From Paraphysomonas bandaiensis (lineage: Eukaryota > Protista > Chrysophyceae), in NCBI GenBank assembly GCA_965644295.1, contig CBFFRP010000319.1:115610-179609 (forward strand): 64,000 nt of DNA, given 5' to 3'. The position numbers and the translations under genes were made by a program. Below are positions 41,201 through 50,020 of the stretch, one piece after another. A model generated the notes under the pieces. The model saw only the letters and a list, made by a program, of their open reading frames with translations. It was not told where the DNA came from and did no database searches. Numbering within the stretch: the stretch's first letter is position 1; the number at the start of each line of letters is the position of its first letter.

Positions 41201-44200
41201 CGGAATATACGAAGGTTGAGAGGATGGTGCATTACTCGGTGTACCCGTAGGATACAATGATGGCTGAGCACTTGGTAACGAAGAAGGCAAACAAGATGGG
41301 ACAGCAGTTGGTTCACTTGACGGAACATACGACGGGACTGATGATGGTTCACCCGATGGATTCAACGTCGGATATACAGTGGGAAGTGATGTCGGTACAC
41401 CTGAAGGATTACATGAAGGCACATCCGTCGGAATATACGAAGGTTGAGAGGATGGTGCATTACTCGGTGTACCCGTAGGATACAATGATGGCTGAGCACT
41501 TGGTAACGAAGAAGGCAAACAAGATGGGACAGCAGTTGGTTCACTTGACGGAACATACGACGGGACTGATGATGGTTCACCCGATGGATTCAACGTCGGA
41601 TATAAAGTGGGAAGTGATGTCGGTACACCTGAAGGATTACATGAAGGCACATCCGTCGGAATATACGATGGTTGAGAGGATGGTGCATTACTTGGTGTAC
41701 CCGTAGGATACAATGATGGCTGAGCACTTGGTAACGAAGAAGGCAAACAAGATGGGACAGCAGTTGGTTCACTTGACGGAACATACGACGGGACTGATGA
41801 TGGTTCACCCGATGGATTCAACGTCGGATATACAGTGGGAAGTGATGTCGGTACACCTGAAGGATTACATGAAGGCACATCCGTCGGAATATACGATGGT
41901 TGAGAGGATGGTGCATTACTTGGTGTACCCGTAGGATACAATGATGGCTGAGCACTTGGTAACGAAGAAGGCAAACAAGATGGGACAGCAGTTGGTTCAC
42001 TTGACGGAACATACGACGGGACTGATGATGGTTCACCCGATGGATTCAACGTCGGATATACAGTGGGAAGTGATGTCGGTACACCTGAAGGATTACATGA
42101 AGGCACATCCGTCGGAATATACGATGGTTGAGAGGATGGTGCATTACTTGGTGTACCCGTAGGATACAATGATGGCTGAGCACTTGGTAACGAAGAAGGC
42201 AAACAAGATGGGACAACAGTTGGTTCACTTGACGGAACATACGACGGGACTGATGATGGTTCACCCGATGGATTCAACGTCGGATATACAGTGGGAAGTG
42301 ATGTCGGTACACCTGAAGGATTACATGAAGGCACATCCGTCGGAATATACGATGGTTGAGAGGATGGTGCATTACTCGGTGTACCCGTAGGATACAATGA
42401 TGGCTGAGCACTTGGTAACGAAGAAGGCAAACAAGATGGGACAACAGTTGGTTCACTTGACGGAACATACGACGGGACTGATGATGGTTCACCCGATGGA
42501 TTCAACGTCGGATATACAGTGGGAAGTAATACTGGTAACTGTGTCTGTATGGATGTAGGAATAACAGTTGGATTCTTAGATGGATTTGCTGTTTGGGCAT
42601 ATGTAGGGTGGTCTGATGGAGCTATCGTCGGACTACTTGACCCAATTACGGCAGGATCCTTGCATTGGAAAAAACCATTACTTCCGCACAAATTACCGCG
42701 AGACACACAAGTCTCTTCACAACAATCACCTCCGTCCCAATCACACTCTGCTGTGTTCTTCTCTTCATAATCACACCATCCATCGCCAATCAAGTCGATA
42801 GCCTCGATATTACAGGTCGGAGGTGGGGTATATGGAGATGTCGGTACACCTGAAGGATTACATGAAGGCACATCCGTCGGAATATACGATGGTTGAGAGG
42901 ATGGTGCATTACTCGGTGTACCCGTAGGATACAATGATGGCTGAGCACTTGGTAACGAAGAAGGCAAACAAGATGGGACAGCAGTTGGTTCACTTGACGG
43001 AACATACGACGGGACTGATGATGGTTCACCCGATGGATTCAACGTCGGATATACAGTGGGAAGTGATGTCGATACACCTGAAGGACTACATGAAGGCACA
43101 TCCGTCGGAATATACGATGGTTGAGAGGATGGTGCATTACTCGGTGTACCCGTAGGATACAATGATGGCTGAGCACTTGGTAACGAAGAAGGCAAACAAG
43201 ATGGGACAGCAGTTGGTTCACTTGACGGAACATACGACGGGACTGATGATGGTTCACCCGATGGATTCAACGTCGGATATACAGTGGGAAGTGATGTCGA
43301 TACACCTGAAGGACTACATGAAGGCACATCCGTCGGAATATACGATGGTTGAGAGGATGGTGCATTACTCGGTGTACCCGTAGGATACAATGATGGCTGA
43401 GCACTTGGTAACGAAGAAGGCAAACAAGATGGGACAGCAGTTGGTTCACTTGACGGAACATACGACGGGACCGACGATGGTTCACCCGATGGATTCAACG
43501 TCGGATATAAAGTGGGAAGTGATGTCGGTACACCTGAAGGATTACATGAAGGCACATCCGTCGGAATATACGATGGTTGAGAGGATGGTGCATTACTTGG
43601 TGTACCCGTAGGATACAATGATGGCTGAGCACTTGGTAACGAAGAAGGCAAACAAGATGGGACAACAGTTGGTTCACCCGATGGATTCAACGTCGGATAT
43701 ACAGTGGGAAGTGATGTCGGTACACCTGAAGAATTACATGAAGGCACATCCGTCGGAATATACGATGGTTGAGAGGATGGTGCATTACTCGGTGTACCCG
43801 TAGGATACAATGATGGCTGAGCACTTGGTAACGAAGAAGGTAAACAAGATGGGACAGCAGTTGGTTCACCCGATGGATTCAACGTCGGATATAAAGTGGG
43901 AAGTGATGTCGGTACACCTGAAGGATTACATGAAGGCACATCCGTCGGAATATACGATGGTTGAGAGGATGGTGCATTACTTGGTGTACCCGTAGGATAC
44001 AATGATGGCTGAGCACTTGGTAACGAAGAAGGCAAACAAGATGGGACAGCAGTTGGTTCACTTGACGGAACATACGACGGGACTGATGATGGTTCACCCG
44101 ATGGATTCAACGTCGGATATACAGTGGGAAGTGATGTCGGTACACCTGAAGGATTACATGAAGGCACATCCGTCGGAATATACGATGGTTGAGAGGATGG

Positions 44201-47200
44201 TGCATTACTTGGTGTACCCGTAGGATACAATGATGGCTGAGCACTTGGTAACGAAGAAGGCAAACAAGATGGGACAGCAGTTGGTTCACTTGACGGAACA
44301 TACGACGGGACTGATGATGGTTCACCCGATGGATTCAACGTCGGATATACAGTGGGAAGTGATGTCGGTACACCTGAAGGATTACATGAAGGCACATCCG
44401 TCGGAATATACGATGGTTGAGAGGATGGTGCATTACTTGGTGTACCCGTAGGATACAATGATGGCTGAGCACTTGGTAACGAAGAAGGCAAACAAGATGG
44501 GACAACAGTTGGTTCACTTGACGGAACATACGACGGGACTGATGATGGTTCACCCGATGGATTCAACGTCGGATATACAGTGGGAAGTGATGTCGGTACA
44601 CCTGAAGGACTACATGAAGGCACATCCGTCGGAATATACGATGGTTGAGAGGATGGTGCATTACTCGGTGTACCCGTAGGATACAATGATGGCTGAGCAC
44701 TTGGTAACGAAGAAGGCAAACAAGATGGGACAACAGTTGGTTCACTTGACGGAACATACGACGGGACTGATGATGGTTCACCCGATGGATTCAACGTCGG
44801 ATATACAGTGGGAAGTAATACTGGTAACTGTGTCTGTATGGATGTAGGAATAACAGTTGGATTCTTAGATGGATTTGCTGTTTGGGCATATGTAGGGTGG
44901 TCTGATGGAGCTATCGTCGGACTACTTGACCCAATTACGGCAGGATCCTTGCATTGGAAAAAACCATTACTTCCGCACAAATTACCGCGAGACACACAAG
45001 TCTCTTCACAACAATCACCTCCGTCCCAATCACACTCTGCTGTGTTCTTCTCTTCATAATCACACCATCCATCGCCAATCAAGTCGATAGCCTCGATATT
45101 ACAGGTCGGAGGTGGGGTATATGGAGATGTCGGTACACCTGAAGGATTACATGAAGGCACATCCGTCGGAATATACGATGGTTGAGAGGATGGTGCATTA
45201 CTCGGTGTACCCGTAGGATACAATGATGGCTGAGCACTTGGTAACGAAGAAGGCAAACAAGATGGGACAGCAGTTGGTTCACTTGACGGAACATACGACG
45301 GGACTGATGATGGTTCACCCGATGGATTCAACGTCGGATATACAGTGGGAAGTGATGTCGATACACCTGAAGGATTACATGAAGGCACATCCGTCGGAAT
45401 ATACGATGGTTGAGAGGATGGTGCATTACTCGGTGTACCCGTAGGATACAATGATGGCTGAGCACTTGGTAACGAAGAAGGCAAACAAGATGGGACAGCA
45501 GTTGGTTCACTTGACGGAACATACGACGGGACCGACGATGGTTCACCCGATGGATTCAACGTCGGATATAAAGTGGGAAGTGATGTCGGTACACCTGAAG
45601 GATTACATGAAGGCACATCCGTCGGAATATACGATGGTTGAGAGGATGGTGCATTACTTGGTGTACCCGTAGGATACAATGATGGCTGAGCACTTGGTAA
45701 CGAAGAAGGCAAACAAGATGGGACAACAGTTGGTTCACCCGATGGATTCAACGTCGGATATACAGTGGGAAGTGATGTCGGTACACCTGAAGAATTACAT
45801 GAAGGCACATCCGTCGGAATATACGATGGTTGAGAGGATGGTGCATTACTCGGTGTACCCGTAGGATACAATGATGGCTGAGCACTTGGTAACGAAGAAG
45901 GTAAACAAGATGGGACAGCAGTTGGTTCACCCGATGGATTCAACGTCGGATATAAAGTGGGAAGTGATGTCGGTACACCTGAAGGATTACATGAAGGCAC
46001 ATCCGTCGGAATATACGATGGTTGAGAGGATGGTGCATTACTCGGTGTACCCGTAGGATACAATGATGGCTGAGCACTTGGTAACGAAGAAGGCAAACAA
46101 GATGGGACAGCAGTTGGTTCACTTGACGGAACATACGACGGGACTGATGATGGTTCACCCGATGGATTCAACGTCGGATATACAGTGGGAAGTGATGTCG
46201 GTACACCTGAAGGATTACATGAAGGCACATCCGTCGGAATATACGATGGTTGAGAGGATGGTGCATTACTCGGTGTACCCGTAGGATACAATGATGGCTG
46301 AGCACTTGGTAACGAAGAAGGCAAACAAGATGGGACAGCAGTTGGTTCACTTGACGGAACATACGACGGGACTGATGATGGTTCACCCGATGGATTCAAC
46401 GTCGGATATACAGTGGGAAGTGATGTCGGTACACCTGAAGGATTACATGAAGGCACATCCGTCGGAATATACGATGGTTGAGAGGATGGTGCATTACTCG
46501 GTGTACCCGTAGGATACAATGATGGCTGAGCACTTGGTAACGAAGAAGGCAAACAAGATGGGACAGCAGTTGGTTCACTTGACGGAACATACGACGGGAC
46601 TGATGATGGTTCACCCGATGGATTCAACGTCGGATATACAGTGGGAAGTGATGTCGGTACACCTGAAGGATTACATGAAGGCACATCCGTCGGAATATAC
46701 GATGGTTGAGAGGATGGTGCATTACTCGGTGTACCCGTAGGATACAATGATGGCTGAGCACTTGGTAACGAAGAAGGCAAACAAGATGGGACAGCAGTTG
46801 GTTCACCCGATGGATTCAACGTCGGATATACAGTGGGAAGTGATGTCGGTACACCTGAAGGACTACATGAAGGCACATCCGTCGGAATATACGATGGTTG
46901 AGAGGATGGTGCATTACTCGGTGTACCCGTAGGATACAATGATGGCTGAGCACTTGGTAACGAAGAAGGCAAACAAGATGGGACAGCAGTTGGTTCACTT
47001 GACGGAACATACGACGGGACTGATGATGGTTCACCCGATGGATTCAACGTCGGATATACAGTGGGAAGTGATGTCGGTACACCTGAAGGATTACATGAAG
47101 GCACATCCGTCGGAATATACGATGGTTGAGAGGATGGTGCATTACTCGGTGTACCCGTAGGATACAATGATGGCTGAGCACTTGGTAACGAAGAAGGCAA

Positions 47201-49459
47201 ACAAGATGGGACAGCTGTTGGTTCACTTGACGGAACATACGACGGGACTGATGATGGTTCACCCGATGGATTCAACGTCGGATATACAGTGGGAAGTGAT
47301 GTCGGTACACCTGAAGGATTACATGAAGGCACATCCGTCGGAATATACGATGGTTGAGAGGATGGTGCATTACTCGGTGTACCCGTAGGATACAATGATG
47401 GCTGAGCACTTGGTAACGAAGAAGGCAAACAAGATGGGACAACAGTTGGTTCACTTGACGGAACATACGACGGGACTGATGATGGTTCACCCGATGGATT
47501 CAACGTCGGATATACAGTGGGAAGTGATGTCGGTACACCTGAAGGATTACATGAAGGCACATCCGTCGGAATATACGATGGTTGAGAGGATGGTGCATTA
47601 CTCGGTGTACCCGTAGGATACAATGATGGCTGAGCACTTGGTAACGAAGAAGGCAAACAAGATGGGACAGCTGTTGGTTCACTTGACGGAACATACGACG
47701 GGACTGATGATGGTTCACCCGATGGATTCAACGTCGGATATAAAGTGGGAAGTGATGTCGGTACACCTGAAGGATTACATGAAGGCACATCCGTCGGAAT
47801 ATACGATGGTTGAGAGGATGGTGCATTACTCGGTGTAACCGTAGGATACAATGATGGCTGAGCACTTGGTAACGAAGAAGGCAAACAAGATGGGACAACA
47901 GTTGGTTCACTTGACGGAACATACGACGGGACTGATGATGGTTCACCCGATGGATTCAACGTCGGATATGCTGTGGGAAGTAATACTGGTAACTGTGTCG
48001 GTATGGATGTAGGAATAACAGTTGGATTCTTAGATGGATTTGCTGTTTGGGCATATGTAGGCCGGCCTGATGGTGCGATCGTCGGACTACTTGACCCAAT
48101 TACGGCAGGATCCTTGCATTGGAAAAAACCATTACTTCCGCACTCATAACCACGAGACACACAAGTCTCTTCACAACAATCACCTCCGTCCCAATCACAC
48201 TCTGCTGTGTTCTTTTCTTCATAATCACACCATCCATCGCCAATCAAGTCGATAGCCTCGATATTACAGGTTGGAGGTGGGGTATAAGGAGTAGTAGGCT
48301 GTGAAGTCGTTGGCAGTACAGAAGGCCGGTCTGATGGAGCTATCGTCGGACTACTTGACCCAATTACGGCAGGATCCTTGCATTGGAAAAAACCATTACT
48401 TCCGCACTCATAACCACGAGACACACAAGTCTCTTCACAACAATCACCTCCGTCCCAATCACACTCTGCTGTGTTCTTTTCTTCATAATCACACCATCCA
48501 TCGCCAATCAAGTCGATAGCCTCGATATTACAGGTTGGAGGTGGGGTATATGAAGTAGTAGGCTGTGAAGTCGTTGGATCTGCTGTGGGCTGGTCAGACG
48601 GAGCGATCGTCGGACTACTTGACCCAATTACGGCAGGATCCTTGCATTGGAAAAAACCATTACTTCCGCACTCATTACCGCGAGACACACAAGTCTCTTC
48701 ACAACAATCACCTCCGTCCCAATCACACTCTGCTGTGTTCTTCTCTTCATAATCACACCATCCATCGCCAATCAAGTCGATAGCCTCGATATTACAGGTC
48801 GGAGGTGGGGTATATGATGTCGTAGGCTCAGAAATCGTCGGATCTGCTGTGGGCTGGATCTCTGACGGAGCGATCGTCGGACTACTTGACCCAATTACGG
48901 CAGGATCCTTGCATTGGAAAAAACCATTACTTCCGCACTCATTACCGCGAGACACACAAGTCTCTTCACAACAATCACCTCCGTCCCAATCACACTCTGC
49001 TGTGTTCTTTTCTTCATAATCACACCATCCATCGCCAATCAAGTCGATAGCCTCGATATTACAGGTTGGAGGTGGGGTATACGGAGTAGTAGGCTGAGAA
49101 ATCGTCGGATCTGTGGGCTGGTCTGATGGAGCGATCGTCGGACTACTTGACCCAATTACGGCAGGATCCTTGCATTGGAAAAAACCATTACTTCCGCACT
49201 CATTACCGCGAGACACACAAGTCTCTTCACAACAATCACCTCCGTCCCAATCACACTCTGCTGTGTTCTTTTCTTCATAATCACACCATCCATCGCCAAT
49301 TAAATCTAGCCCATCTATAGTACACGAAGCAGGTGGGATGTAAGATTGAATAGCAACACCCCGCAGATGAATGGAACGATGAAGATGCGCTTGCTTTGCA
49401 TATACATAGACAGCGAGTTGATATAAAATATATATTATAAAGCAAATGCGGTCCTTCAT
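32270..49459 (-). CDS. Giant secreted modular protein (5729 aa, single ORF): signal peptide, 7 LNR-like repeats, ~30 Pro/Ser/Thr stalk repeats, 6 copies of a ~330-aa beta-rich domain
   Basis: 17.2-kb stop-free frame. Hydrophobic N-terminus MKDRICFIIYILYQLAVYVYA, IGDGWCD..NTAECDWDGGDCC repeats, 228-bp and 1389-bp coding repeat arrays. Ends abruptly mid-repeat. Confidence 0.92.
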   Translation of the reverse strand: MKDRICFIIYILYQLAVYVYAKQAHLHRSIHLRGVAIQSYIPPASCTIDGLDLIGDGWCDYEEKNTAECDWDGGDCCEETCVSRGNECGSNGFFQCKDPAVIGSSSPTIAPSDQPTDPTISQPTTPYTPPPTCNIEAIDLIGDGWCDYEEKNTAECDWDGGDCCEETCVSRGNECGSNGFFQCKDPAVIGSSSPTIAPSEIQPTADPTISEPTTSYTPPPTCNIEAIDLIGDGWCDYEEKNTAECDWDGGDCCEETCVSRGNECGSNGFFQCKDPAVIGSSSPTIAPSDQPTADPTTSQPTTSYTPPPTCNIEAIDLIGDGWCDYEEKNTAECDWDGGDCCEETCVSRGYECGSNGFFQCKDPAVIGSSSPTIAPSDRPSVLPTTSQPTTPYTPPPTCNIEAIDLIGDGWCDYEEKNTAECDWDGGDCCEETCVSRGYECGSNGFFQCKDPAVIGSSSPTIAPSGRPTYAQTANPSKNPTVIPTSIPTQLPVLLPTAYPTLNPSGEPSSVPSYVPSSEPTVVPSCLPSSLPSAQPSLYPTVTPSNAPSSQPSYIPTDVPSCNPSGVPTSLPTLYPTLNPSGEPSSVPSYVPSSEPTAVPSCLPSSLPSAQPSLYPTGTPSNAPSSQPSYIPTDVPSCNPSGVPTSLPTVYPTLNPSGEPSSVPSYVPSSEPTVVPSCLPSSLPSAQPSLYPTGTPSNAPSSQPSYIPTDVPSCNPSGVPTSLPTVYPTLNPSGEPSSVPSYVPSSEPTAVPSCLPSSLPSAQPSLYPTGTPSNAPSSQPSYIPTDVPSCNPSGVPTSLPTVYPTLNPSGEPSSVPSYVPSSEPTAVPSCLPSSLPSAQPSLYPTGTPSNAPSSQPSYIPTDVPSCSPSGVPTSLPTVYPTLNPSGEPTAVPSCLPSSLPSAQPSLYPTGTPSNAPSSQPSYIPTDVPSCNPSGVPTSLPTVYPTLNPSGEPSSVPSYVPSSEPTAVPSCLPSSLPSAQPSLYPTGTPSNAPSSQPSYIPTDVPSCNPSGVPTSLPTVYPTLNPSGEPSSVPSYVPSSEPTAVPSCLPSSLPSAQPSLYPTGTPSNAPSSQPSYIPTDVPSCNPSGVPTSLPTVYPTLNPSGEPSSVPSYVPSSEPTAVPSCLPSSLPSAQPSLYPTGTPSNAPSSQPSYIPTDVPSCNPSGVPTSLPTLYPTLNPSGEPTAVPSCLPSSLPSAQPSLYPTGTPSNAPSSQPSYIPTDVPSCNSSGVPTSLPTVYPTLNPSGEPTVVPSCLPSSLPSAQPSLYPTGTPSNAPSSQPSYIPTDVPSCNPSGVPTSLPTLYPTLNPSGEPSSVPSYVPSSEPTAVPSCLPSSLPSAQPSLYPTGTPSNAPSSQPSYIPTDVPSCNPSGVSTSLPTVYPTLNPSGEPSSVPSYVPSSEPTAVPSCLPSSLPSAQPSLYPTGTPSNAPSSQPSYIPTDVPSCNPSGVPTSPYTPPPTCNIEAIDLIGDGWCDYEEKNTAECDWDGGDCCEETCVSRGNLCGSNGFFQCKDPAVIGSSSPTIAPSDHPTYAQTANPSKNPTVIPTSIQTQLPVLLPTVYPTLNPSGEPSSVPSYVPSSEPTVVPSCLPSSLPSAQPSLYPTGTPSNAPSSQPSYIPTDVPSCSPSGVPTSLPTVYPTLNPSGEPSSVPSYVPSSEPTVVPSCLPSSLPSAQPSLYPTGTPSNAPSSQPSYIPTDVPSCNPSGVPTSLPTVYPTLNPSGEPSSVPSYVPSSEPTAVPSCLPSSLPSAQPSLYPTGTPSNAPSSQPSYIPTDVPSCNPSGVPTSLPTVYPTLNPSGEPSSVPSYVPSSEPTAVPSCLPSSLPSAQPSLYPTGTPSNAPSSQPSYIPTDVPSCNPSGVPTSLPTLYPTLNPSGEPTAVPSCLPSSLPSAQPSLYPTGTPSNAPSSQPSYIPTDVPSCNSSGVPTSLPTVYPTLNPSGEPTVVPSCLPSSLPSAQPSLYPTGTPSNAPSSQPSYIPTDVPSCNPSGVPTSLPTLYPTLNPSGEPSSVPSYVPSSEPTAVPSCLPSSLPSAQPSLYPTGTPSNAPSSQPSYIPTDVPSCSPSGVSTSLPTVYPTLNPSGEPSSVPSYVPSSEPTAVPSCLPSSLPSAQPSLYPTGTPSNAPSSQPSYIPTDVPSCSPSGVSTSLPTVYPTLNPSGEPSSVPSYVPSSEPTAVPSCLPSSLPSAQPSLYPTGTPSNAPSSQPSYIPTDVPSCNPSGVPTSPYTPPPTCNIEAIDLIGDGWCDYEEKNTAECDWDGGDCCEETCVSRGNLCGSNGFFQCKDPAVIGSSSPTIAPSDHPTYAQTANPSKNPTVIPTSIQTQLPVLLPTVYPTLNPSGEPSSVPSYVPSSEPTVVPSCLPSSLPSAQPSLYPTGTPSNAPSSQPSYIPTDVPSCNPSGVPTSLPTVYPTLNPSGEPSSVPSYVPSSEPTVVPSCLPSSLPSAQPSLYPTGTPSNAPSSQPSYIPTDVPSCNPSGVPTSLPTVYPTLNPSGEPSSVPSYVPSSEPTAVPSCLPSSLPSAQPSLYPTGTPSNAPSSQPSYIPTDVPSCNPSGVPTSLPTVYPTLNPSGEPSSVPSYVPSSEPTAVPSCLPSSLPSAQPSLYPTGTPSNAPSSQPSYIPTDVPSCNPSGVPTSLPTLYPTLNPSGEPSSVPSYVPSSEPTAVPSCLPSSLPSAQPSLYPTGTPSNAPSSQPSYIPTDVPSCNPSGVPTSLPTVYPTLNPSGEPSSVPSYVPSSEPTAVPSCLPSSLPSAQPSLYPTGTPSNAPSSQPSYIPTDVPSCNPSGVPTSLPTLYPTLNPSGEPSSVPSYVPSSEPTAVPSCLPSSLPSAQPSLYPTGTPSNAPSSQPSYIPTDVPSCNPSGVPTSLPTLYPTLNPSGEPSSVPSYVPSSEPTAVPSCLPSSLPSAQPSLYPTGTPSNAPSSQPSYIPTDVPSCNPSGVPTSLPTVYPTLNPSGEPSSVPSYVPSSGPTEIPSCFPSVDPSSNPTTLPTHIPTTSKPSYLPSGIPTIPTGVPSSLPVAFPTFVPSSKPTCVPSEEPSAVPSFNPSSYPSCVPTNVPIAKPTAMPTSLPTSIPSVDPTAIPTLFPTFVPTQPTSNPTTICHNGVDTEMRNYITKRALSNSWLEIGFAEVNDEVWLALSTKQTIFYNASVFVSLPDIPGDTSDEGYPAIARVRNVEVFSGRVSFEVRLYQANDSFCSKEWTVPTVISPPLHLSWLVAEHGAYELSGHYFFVGSGPITRQDGDVTNRDNFVRINYPSGCESSDALCAYDIDVDVGVILQLQTVVYDRLLIPRGFNIARRFGKYVLQPHDSADPSYYVMLEPETLSYMTFEFGSSVTCAEGWTFETHQFTGVTNDLLHIDFANEYVSSPGVFGTVTTSTSLSDSTGLRVFSVSTTGLNMITQEDQCLDEETIHATGERVSVLIIGKGTRPATCVLCYGMLSTKVSESPSLSPVSSEPSIVTPSGNPTAFPSFYPTFGPSTSNPTTGPSINPTSLPTLFPTSSPTPAPSSVPSTSPSYPLTQLQTIPPTLNPTTPSAEPTTICNNAHDVEIVDVISDTMLSSEWLEIGSVDVDDQVWVSLSTTLSSFDDASVFVSLPDIPGDTSDEGYPAIARVRNVEVFSGRVSFEVRLYQANDSFCSKEWTVPTVISPPLHLSWLVAEHGAYELSGHYFFVGSGPITRQDGDVTNRDNFVRINYPSGCESSDALCTYDIDVDVGVILQLQTVVYDRLLIPRGFNIARRFGKYVLQPHDSADPSYYVMLEPETLSYMTFEFGSSVTCAEGWTFETHQFTGVTNDLLHIDFANEYVSSPGVFGTVTTSTSLSDSTGLRVFSVSTTGLNMITQEDQCLDEETIHATGERVSVLIIGKGTGPATCVLCHGYVGTLTAYPSQAPSVTLSPTSLPTVSPTPFPTEVPTSDPTRSPTSRPTLSPASSPVVLSPTPSPSRTPTSSPTACPTQLPSVPPSVTPTVIPTVIPSRCPTVMPTNIPSALPSVIPTVLPTLPVTDACDDGVDEEIVDVISDTMLSSEWLEIGSVDVDDQMWVSLSTTLSSFDDASVFVSLPDIPGDTSDEGYPAIARVRNVEVFSGRVSFEVRLYQANDSFCSKEWTVPTVISPPLHLSWLVAEHGAYELSGHYFFVGSGPITRQDGDVTNRDNFVRINYPSGCESPDALCAYDIDVDVGVILQLQTVVYDRLLIPRGFNIARRFGKYVLQPHDSADPSYYVMLEPETLSYMTFEFGSSVTCAEGWTFETHQFTGVTNDLLHIDFANEYVSSPGVFGTVTTSTSLSDSTGLRVFSVSTTGLNMITQEDQCLDEETIHATGERVSVLIIGKGTGPATCVLCHGYVGTLTAYPSQAPSVTLSPTSLPTVSPTPIPTEVPTSDPTRSPTSRPTLSPASSPVVLSPTPSPSRTPTSSPTACPTQLPSVPPSVKPTVTPTVIPSRCPTVMPTNIPSALPSVIPTVLPTLPVTDACDDGVDEEIVDVISDTMLSSEWLEIGSVDVDDQMWVSLSTTLSSFDDVSVFVSLPDIPGDTSDEGYPAIARVRNVEVFSGRVSFEVRLYQANDSFCSKEWTVPTVISPPLHLSWLVAEHGAYELSGHYFFVGSGPITRQDGDVTNRDNFVRINYPSGCESPDALCAYDIDVDVGVILQLQTVVYDRLLIPRGFNIARRFGKYVLQPHDSADPSYYVMLEPETLSYMTFEFGSSVTCAEGWTFETHQFTGVTNDLLHIDFANEYVSSPGVFGTVTTSTSLSDSTGLRVFSVSTTGLNMITQEDQCLDEETIHATGERVSVLIIGKGTGPATCVLCHGYVGTLTAYPSQAPSVTLSPTSLPTVSPTPFPTEVPTSDPTRSPTSRPTLSPASSPVVLSPTPSPSRTPTSSPTACPTQLPSVPPSVKPTVTPTVIPSRCPTVMPTNIPSALPSVIPTVLPTLPVTDACDDGVDEEIVDVISDTMLSSEWLEIGSVDVDDQMWVSLSTTLSSFDDASVFVSLPDIPGDTSDEGYPAIARVRNVEVFSGRVSFEVRLYQANDSFCSKEWTVPTVISPPLHLSWLVAEHGAYELSGHYFFVGSGPITRQDGDVTNRDNFVRINYPSGCESPDALCTYDIDVDVGVILQLQTVVYDRLLIPRGFNIARRFGKYVLQPHDSADPSYYVMLEPETLSYMTFEFGSSVTCAEGWTFETHQFTGVTNDLLHIDFANEYVSSPGVFGTVTTSTSLSDSTGLRVFSVSTTGLNMITQEDQCLDEETIHATGERVSVLIIGKGTGPATCVLCHGYVGTLTAYPSQAPSVTLSPTSLPTVSPTPIPTEVPTSDPTRSPTSRPTLSPASSPVVLSPTPSPSKTPTSSPTACPTQLPSVSPSVTPTVIPTVIPSRCPTVMPTNIPSALPSVIPTVLPTLPVTDACDDGVDEEIVDVISDTMLSSEWLEIGSVDVDDQVWVSLSTTLSSFDDASVFVSLPDIPGDTSDEGYPAIARVRNVEVFSGRVSFEVRLYQANDSFCSKEWTVPTVISPPLHLSWLVAEHGAYELSGHYFFVGSGPITRQDGDVTNRDNFVRINYPSGCESPDALCTYDIDVDVGVILQLQTVVYDRLLIPRGFNIARRFGKYVLQPHDSADPSYYVMLEPETLSYMTFEFGSSVTCAEGWTFETHQFTGVTNDLLHIDFANEYVSSPGVFGTVTTSTSLSDSTGLRAFSVSTTGLNMITQEDQCLDEETIHATGERVSVLIIGKGTGPATCVLCHGYVGTLTAYPSQAPSVTLSPTSLPTVLL
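32281..40095 (-). repeat. Coding tandem array, 1389-bp (463-aa) period: ~330-aa domain plus Pro/Thr linker
   Basis: Shadow ORFs recur at 32284, 33673, 35062, 36451 and 37840 (exact 1389 spacing). A further domain copy with unique flanks lies at ~39235-40095. Confidence 0.97.
40630..47970 (-). repeat. Coding minisatellite, 228-bp (76-aa) unit with 192-bp variants, interrupted by two LNR cassettes 2289 bp apart
   Basis: Shadow ORFs spaced 228 or 192 bp apart. Identical LNR-containing blocks occur at ~42519 and ~44808. Confidence 0.97.
48060..49330 (-). repeat. Five tandem LNR-like Cys-rich repeats (~264-bp period)
   Basis: LIGDGWCDYEEKNTAECDWDGGDCCEETCVSRGxECGSNGFFQCKDP occurs five times. Confidence 0.95.
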
Positions 49460-50020
49460 ATATATAAATCACTGATAAATACAGTGATAACAATAATCTG
49501 CTACAATAGAGTTGAAGCAATAATGATTATAAGTCATGAATATTATCCTTAATTACTATCATCTACTCTGGTTTAGTCTTATCTATTGCTCATTACGCTG
49601 CATACTATAGCTATGTATGTACTATATCATGTGCTCTGTACATGTATGTGACCAATCATATTATTGGAGGTGTGGACTTCATTGCCTCGACTTCATCTTT
49701 CATAATTGAAAGTCGAAATTTTGGTATAAAACCTCAGAGAAATTTTATCCAATGAAATCATAGAAATAACTAATCATTTGATAAGGTGTGATGCCAGGAC
49801 AGTAGTGTGTACATAGTGTACGGCTATACATACCCCTGACCTGTTCTATATACATCGTGTACGTACCTATATCTAGATATACATATATATGAGGGAGATT
49901 TCATCCCATCTCCATTGTTACAAATGACCACAACAACTCATGACAGATATATATAACCAAAAACAATATTGATGACAGAATTATGTTATCTTTTATATCA
50001 GTATTGATTATACATGATAT
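49460..50020. promoter_or_regulatory. Candidate bidirectional promoter between the two giant genes
   Basis: 561-bp AT-rich gap between divergent ATGs. CCAAT-like (49652, 49749), ATTGG (49663) and TATA-like tracts are present, but the individual motifs are weak evidence. Confidence 0.5.

Noticed and set aside
40630-47970. Regular repeat array as a possible CRISPR or non-coding satellite
   Set aside because: No unique spacers and no cas genes. Units are contiguous multiples of 3 inside one open frame.
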